DNA of 53,954 nt, filler included, from Sphacelaria rigidula (taxonomy: Eukaryota), in assembly GCA_964200075.2 (NCBI GenBank). It is 5 parts of 5 records of this genome, joined end to end, with 100 filler letters (N's around TTAATTAATTAA, not from the genome) between each part and the next. Parts side by side here need not be neighbours in the genome. Positions count along the whole stretch, not along the records: positions 43,246 to 53,954 come from CAXNAA020006044.1; 4 more parts are not named here. The stretch is one strand, 5' to 3'. Made by a program: the position numbers and the translations under genes. The notes under the pieces are model-generated. The model was given only the letters and a program-made list of their open reading frames with translations. It did no database searches and was not told the origin of the DNA. Within the stretch, counting starts at the first letter, position 1. Each line of letters opens with the position of its first letter. Below, in pieces: positions 47,522 through 53,954 of the stretch.

Positions 47522-48132
47522 ACAGATTCTCTTTCTTCGTTCCCTCGTTAAGGTTATACATTATGCAGTACATTTTTTTCTGTTTTTTCATTCAGCGGCA
47601 GTGCCGTGTGCTGCCAGGTTGGTCTACACTTCACACTGACCTTACATCCGGTTCATTATGGAACTGGGAAAGCTGTGGTGTCTGCAACTTTTAACCGCTC
47701 GTAGGGATGTTATATTTTTACTCTTGTCCTGTTTAATACTATGACATAGCTCTCGTGATCGTGGCTTATGCAGGAATATGTCGCGCGCCATATACATGCG
47801 TGGCAACGGACTTTTTTATGTAGGCGTTGTCTACCACCAAAAATAACGATCCCTACCCACCGCCTCTCCCCCCCCTCCGTGAGGTGGGGATCAAGTGCCC
47901 GTTCGTTCGTTTCCGCCGCATTTTTTCAATCTAAAAGACCAAGAGCGTCTCTTGAAACGTTTCCTGGCACATCATCTTTCGATCGAAAATGTGCGGTGAA
48001 AAAAAAAGATTCGGATCTGATGGTTCGTGATATCAACTATCGTAATATATATTGACGATGGTTGAAATCACGATCTACAAGCATCGTATTGGAATTCTTG
48101 TTTTCTACCGCACGTTAAAAATGATATGCTAA

Positions 48133-48957
48133 GGCCGGATGTTATGGCAACAGATTTTTGGCCCACAGATTTTTTTAATCTGGTGAAACAAATCCGCGGC
48201 AAATTTTGTTTCGGGAACGATATTATGGCAGCACACAGATTTTCATACCATACTGTTCTGATGATTTTGTATACCTCCACCAGGGTTCCGAGATTTATGT
48301 TTAGCGTGTTCCAACAGCTCACAGTCCCGTAGGTGTCTCGTGTTGTGGCGTGCTGTAGTGATGTAGCGTCACTGCCGCAGAGAGATCGTCACCACCCCAA
48401 TAACACCAGTGCCGGTTCTTTCGAGCACAGAAGTAAAACGACCATGTCCCCCTCGTTGATGCTAAAGTTGAATCCTTCATCGAAGAATCGCAGAACTACC
48501 CGCCATACAGCGACAGGGCGCATCACAGTATATCTACTCTCTCAACGTCTCTGCAATGCTTTTACCAGGGGACCGACGAACAAGGCGTATCGTTTTTTGT
48601 CTCGTACGCGCGAAGCGGGCTCCATGGTGCGTCGGCTGTGGAGTGTGGTTGCTTCGTGTGTTGGTGGTTTTTGTCAACAGGATCACTCACAAAGGCGCAG
48701 CCAACACGCCGGCACATCCAAGAAAAACGCGGCGTGACCCCATTATGACGGTCTGCCGGAAAAAACGCAAAAATCCGCGTGCAAAAATCTGTGCATGCCG
48801 ACCCCCGCCAGTTTGCCCCAAAATCTGTGGGACTCGGGCCCCGAATCTTGGACACGGATTTTTTCACCCGAAATTCGTTAAATCTGCACCCATAACATGG
48901 GTGTCACACGAATTTTGAAAATCCGGGGCCGAAGATCTGTTGCCGTAACATCCGGCC
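48133..48957. mobile_element. PIF/Harbinger-like MITE (family H2), complete, 825 bp
   Basis: ~40-bp TIRs ggccggatgtta(t/c)ggcaacagat(t/c)tt(t/c)ggccc, flanked by TAA and TTA. Another ggccggatgtta end starts at 48961. Confidence 0.85.
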
Positions 48958-49154
48958 TTAGGCCGGATGTTACCATCACCTCACAGAGAGGAGTCTAGTC
49001 TGCTTTTCAGATTCGCTTGGCTCCGCGGTTCGAAATTGGCCGCGGAACAAAGATCTGCGCGTAAAAATCTGTGCCTGCCGACCCCCAAGAAGATATATAA
49101 CATACAAGGAGGATTTTGACCAAACAAGGGAAGTGAAAATAATTTCGTAAAATA

Positions 49155-49770
49155 CTTCCTCTGTCCCATAAGCAAAGTCCGTTATGTAAGCAAAGTCCGT
49201 TATGGTCAGACAGATCCTTGACCGTGTCCAATGCCGTAGGCAATTTTTTGTTTGTATCTTCGGGCATTTTTTAGTTGAACTGCATTTTTTTTCTTCCGTT
49301 TGCGCAGTAGCCAGCGTGCCCGAACGGCCGATAAGCGATAACTCGGCCCGAAAATGGCCATATTTCGCCCCTTTACCAAAACACAGGGAAGAACCCTGGA
49401 AACCCGAAAAACGGCAGAAATCGCGAAAACAGCATGACTGAATCTTTTCCTGTGGTGCATTGCTGGCGCACAATAGCTACGCCTAGTCCGAAACCACTAT
49501 TTTGCATTCCAGCCTTCATTTACTTCAAAACAAGCCAAATTCGTCGAAATTCGGCCGGAAATGTACAGATTGGAGGAATTTGGTCGAAATTTGGCCATGT
49601 CCGACCCAACGGTTCTAAGGTTGTAGGTCGATTGTTTGATTCTTGATTTTTCCAGTGGCTATCTCCACAACTTTATATTTTGAACGAACCTAGCCATAAC
49701 TTTGTAAGCACCTCCGTTGACGAGGTACGACCTATCCCCCAAAACGGACTTGACATATGGACAGAGGAAG
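49155..49770. mobile_element. Stowaway-like MITE (616 bp) related to the mariner remnant at 22144
   Basis: TA|cttcctctgtcccataagcaaagtccgtt...aacggacttgacatatggacagaggaag|TA. The left ~230 bp shares ordered blocks with 22144-22345. Confidence 0.85.
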
Positions 49771-49892
49771 TATAGTGATGGTGACGTGACGGTTCACAAA
49801 TTCATTTTCACGAGAAATCACACGCCGTTCCAATGTAAAAGGAAAGACGAATGGTGTAATGATGGTAACAGCACACGAATAGACCAGCGACC

Positions 49893-50810
49893 TCAGGCAG
49901 GGCGGCAATCACGCGCGAGGGTGTACGGGCATTGTCGCCGGTCGAAATGCCGACGGCCTCCCGCTCGAGAGGGAGAAGAAGCAATAGCAGCAAAAACAGC
50001 ATCAGCGGTGGATATATACGGCTGTGGGTGGGTCCGAATCAGCCGGTGCCGATACTGCTGCTGGTGCTGCTCTTGCTGCTCTTCCTCGGTCGAGAAACGG
50101 TCCGCGTTTTGATGGTGCGACAACGCCCACGCATCTTGCGCGTGATGGCCGCCGTGCTGGAAAGCACTAGTCCATACTACGCACCACTGGGTCCATGCGT
50201 CCTCACTCGGCTAAGTTCTGGGAGAAATAGCAGTGCGAATCTTTCTGTGGAACCTGTGCACGTCAAGTGTGTTCCACGCGTTGTTATTGCTGATGAGAAT
50301 GAAGCCAGCGTCCATGACGGGGAAAACAAGTGATACGCATGAAAATGCAGAGGGGGTGACAACGACAATCGATTCAAAGTAGAGGGGCAACAACGCGGCG
50401 GGTGATGGACATTGTCATGAGTCGAAACACGGATGGTCCACTACACAAAAAAGAGTAAAAGCATAAACAGCAGCAGCAGCAGCTTTACTGCCAGTAGATG
50501 TGTTCGGCTGGGAGTGGGTCTAAATTAACCGGTGTCAATACTGCTACTGCTGCTGTTGCTGCTCTTCATCATGCGAGAGACAGTCCGCGTTTCGATCGTG
50601 CGACAACGCCCTCTCACCTTGCGCGTGATAACCACCGTGCTGGAAAGCGCCAGTCCGTACTACCCGCCGATGAGCCAATGCTTGGTCACCCGGCAACGTG
50701 CTGGGAAATATAGCTGTGCGCATCTCTCTGTGAGAGCTGTGCACGTCGACTGTGTCTCACACGTGGCTACTGCTGGTGATGGTATTGAAGCCAGCGTGGC
50801 TACTGCTGGC
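49893..50810. repeat. Family R2 cluster: one inverted partial copy (49893-50005) and two direct copies (~50020-50315, ~50505-50800)
   Basis: Collinear blocks ggctg...gtgggtc...ccggtg...atactgct followed by (CTG)n and cgaga.ac.gtccgcgttt...gtgcgacaacgccc; period about 485 bp. Confidence 0.8.
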
Positions 50811-51164
50811 TATGGAAACCAGTTGTGCGCTCATGAATAGCCACGTGACTTATATGCTTCGTGTCAACAACATTGCATTTTCAACTTCGACGAGACAGCA
50901 CTACCTGCCAACTGCAGTTGTTTGGAATACAACAGTAGTACAGCAGCTCGGGCAATCCAACAGATACCAGACACGTTTGGCAAGGTTTAAATACACGAGT
51001 GTGTAATGACAGGTGCAGCACATGAGAGAGCCGACTGCGTGCGCTGTTGTACAACAGAACATGACATGTCCCACTTTACCTCTTGTGCCAACTTTTAAGC
51101 AGCCCTCAAGCGTTCAGCATCGTTCCCCCAATTCTGAACTCTCGGCTAAATTTGCGCATTCTTT

Positions 51165-51499
51165 AGGGTCCGTTCAAAATTTCCAGGGCTATACACGTTA
51201 CACGTTCACGTTCACGTTGCGTGAGGTGTGTCACGGGAAAAAAAAAATCTCCCGTTAACGTTACATCTGAAAATTTAACGTTACGTTCATCGCGTAAAAA
51301 AAATTAACGTTCACGTTACGTTTCGACCAAAACGTAACCTGAACGTAACGTGTAACGCTATGGCACGTGTAACGTGTATATCCCGGAAAATTTCGGAGGT
51401 CAAAATCTTGACGATCTTGTTCCAAAATGGTCGGTTTCGTGACCACCTGTCGGATATTTTTGAAAAATCAAATCTGAACGGCTCCCCTTAGAGTCGGTC
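51165..51499. mobile_element. End fragment of an H1-related Harbinger-like element that hosts a hAT MITE
   Basis: Ends aacggctccccttagagtcggtc; homologous to the uninterrupted copy at ~53028-53152. Another H1 end starts at 51517. Confidence 0.6.
51184..51386. mobile_element. hAT-like MITE (203 bp) with perfect 8-bp TSD
   Basis: AAAATTTC|cagggctatacacgttacacgt...acgtgtaacgtgtatatcccgg|AAAATTTC, with many ACGTT subterminal repeats. Confidence 0.88.
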
Positions 51500-52506
51500 T
51501 GAGATACGGCTCATCAGGCCAACTTTAATGGGAACCGTTCAAGATAGTAGTTTTTTTTTCTGCCACGATAGTGAACGGGGACACGGGGACAAAAACAACA
51601 CTATCAGAGGTATCTCACACTCGGCTCCAGGTATCCTGTTTAATTCGCTGGCTCTGAGTTGTTCACTATTTTTTCAAGTGAAAGTGATCGCGATTCATAT
51701 GAGGACCTGACCTGGCGGTCAAAGGGTTGAAGTCGCACTCATACATATATAAATATATATTTGAGTTGGCGTGACCTAGGAGTTATGGACCTGTACAGCA
51801 GCACGCAAAGAAGATGTAACGGCTGCACAGCCATCACGTGACTTTTCCAACTCGTGTCGAGAGCATTTTCTTCCGACCCCTCTGTACAGACCGGACCAGT
51901 CGCGGTTCAGAATCTCGGGCAATCTCCAGCTTAGATCAAACTGTTTTCGTAGGATTCAAAGACATAAACAAGTACAGTATGGAAATGATGGACGTGGGCA
52001 CAAATTGCGTTGTTGGTTTTACAAACGACACAACGCATCCAACAAACACACCATGACGGTGGCGCTTTCGGCAGTGTCAGACTTGTGTACTGACCGGGAC
52101 ATAACATTACTGCAGTTCAGGTGATCCTCACCGCAGATCAAACCGTCTTTCAGGGCACTACACTACCGGTCAGCTACACGACACGAATGCTGGCTCTGCG
52201 CACCGAGAACCTTGTTCGTTGCGAAAGACAAAGCATCCGACGAACATATGCTGTAGGGCATTTTCAACTCCGACAAGATAGCACTCGCCTGCCGACAGCA
52301 GTTATTCGTGACACAACAGCAGCACAGCACCTCAGGTAATCCCAGCAGGGACCAGACAGTTTCGGCGAGGTCTAATCATACGATTGTGCAGTGAAGGGTG
52401 CAGCACACGAGAGAGCCCGTCTGTGTGTGCTGTAGTACAGTAAAACATGACATTTCCTATTTTACTTCTTGGGACAAATTCTAAACAGATTCTGAAGCAT
52501 TTTTTA

Positions 52507-52977
52507 CACCGACTCTGGTGGGAGCCGTGTAAAATTCCTGTTCAAAACTGGCTTCCTGACCCTTCTCCGTCGATATACGCTCGAAAAGATGGTCAAGTGG
52601 ATATCGACGCGTTGGAATGACTTGCTCTATGCATCGAGACCGTTCCAGGGCAACTTTGCATCTCCCACTGGCCGCACTTTTATTTTTGGCCGAACATGAA
52701 TTTTCAATGAAAAACGGTCAAGCGATCAAAAAACAGGGGAAGATTTTGATCACCTGACCGTTTTTTACTGAAATTTCGTGTTTAGCCTAATTTGGTCAAG
52801 AACATAAGTGCGGCCAGCGGGAAATGCAGAGTTGCCCTAGAATGGTGTCAACGAGTAAAGCAAGTCATTTCAACCCGTCAACATCCGCCAAGCGTTCTTT
52901 TCAAGAGTAAATCGACGGAGAAGGACCCAAAAAGCGGTTTTCGACAGGAATCTTAACGGCTCCCACTAGAGTTGGCC
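52507..52977. mobile_element. Foldback Harbinger-like MITE (471 bp, palindromic over almost its whole length)
   Basis: TTA TSD at 52504-52506 and 52978-52980; H1-type ends. Arms of ~225 bp pair throughout (ccttctccgtcgat/atcgacggagaagg, ctggccgcactt/aagtgcggccag), with a loop at ~52732-52744. Confidence 0.88.
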
Positions 52978-53174
52978 TTAGAATCACTGATAATTCTGAG
53001 CGCTTGGCCGGAAGTCAGCAATGTTTTGGCTCCGCTCAGACTTTCGGGGGTCTAAATCCTGACGATTTTGTTTCATAATGGTCGTTTTTGTAACCACCCG
53101 TTCAAATTGTTGAAAAATAAAATCTAAACGGCTTCCAAAATTAGAGTCGGTGTCATCACATCATTTTCAATTTA

Positions 53175-53670
53175 AAAAGTGCTGTGGAAAACAAGAAATC
53201 CAATCCGATAGGTCATAATTTCAACCATCTTGCAAAATAAACAACGATTGTTGAAATTACGACTTATCAGTCGGAGTTTTCCTTTTCCACCGCACAATTT
53301 CGATCGAAAACTAGTGTGCTGAGACACGCCCCAAACTTCGAAGATACTCTGCCTGCCGTCCACACACAATTACTTACAAATGGTCGTTGAAACGAACTGA
53401 GGACATTTGATTACATGAAGTCATCAGATCAACAAGATATCACCACACTTTTTCGATAAAAACAAAAATGTGCCAGGAGACGCCTCGAAACGAAACCAGC
53501 TTGAGCCGTGTCTCGGTTGGAAACAAAAAGTCGAAGAGGTGGGGCGGATTTTTTTTTTCATCCCCGTCTGATGGGTCGCCATTCATGTCCACACCACTGA
53601 TGTTGGAATGATGACCAATCGGATCTGAAGTTTGTTTTCTCACCACACTTTTTCGATCAAAAACCAATGT
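53175..53670. repeat. Cluster of the palindromic host repeat module in both orientations
   Basis: caccacactttttcgat(a/c)aaaa at 53441 and 53641; homologous to 9955-10092 and 47940-48132. Confidence 0.55.
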
Positions 53671-53954
53671 GACTTGCCCATTTTTTCCTCATTGCGCACA
53701 TTTTCGGGGTCATCTTTTTTTTTTTGTCCCCAGAGGACAAGAAGGAACCCTTTACCCATGCACTTCGCTATTTCTAGTTTCGTGCAGCGCTTCGAGCCGC
53801 TCCACCCGTCAAACATGTCCACACGAGGGTAGACATGTTCAACGGATGTATGGATAGGCACCAAGGTGGGATTGCCCCCCCACCCAGGTAGTGTCGGACT
53901 TGGAAAGTAAAACAAAAATGTCCCTCACCGACCAACCCTCCTACAATGTCCTCT

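Noticed and set aside
1..53954. CRISPR array, Fanzor/TnpB, retron or other defence-type system
   Set aside because: No repeat-spacer array and no RuvC, Cas or bacterial RT motifs are visible. The only RTs are non-LTR retrotransposon relics.

Overview
This is eukaryotic, repeat-rich DNA. A brown alga or other stramenopile is my inference from the intron-exon style and the RTE-LINE/MITE content, not something the sequence proves. The window is not one locus: it joins five unrelated contigs (1-10712, 10813-21524, 21625-32335, 32436-43145, 43246-53954; lengths 10712, 10712, 10711, 10710, 10709) with artificial 100-nt N44-TTAATTAATTAA-N44 linkers, so nothing should be inferred across the linkers. 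Host-gene content is limited to isolated exons: a FYVE-finger first exon, an ABCG-like terminal exon and a few weaker candidates. Most interpretable sequence is transposable-element derived: a decayed near full-length RTE-type LINE with many 3' fragments; a ~1,300-codon disrupted gag-like ORF with a putative PBS/LTR; a DD39D-like mariner remnant with a matching Stowaway-like MITE; and non-autonomous elements with piggyBac-, PIF/Harbinger-, hAT-, pogo/Tc1- and Sola-like ends, several nested or foldback. I found no CRISPR, rRNA, intact tRNA or prokaryote-type system, and cannot support a clearly novel biological system. The best leads are the long gag-like ORF, the mariner/Stowaway pair, the conserved LINE 3' terminal motif, and a repeat family that keeps one reading frame open in three copies.
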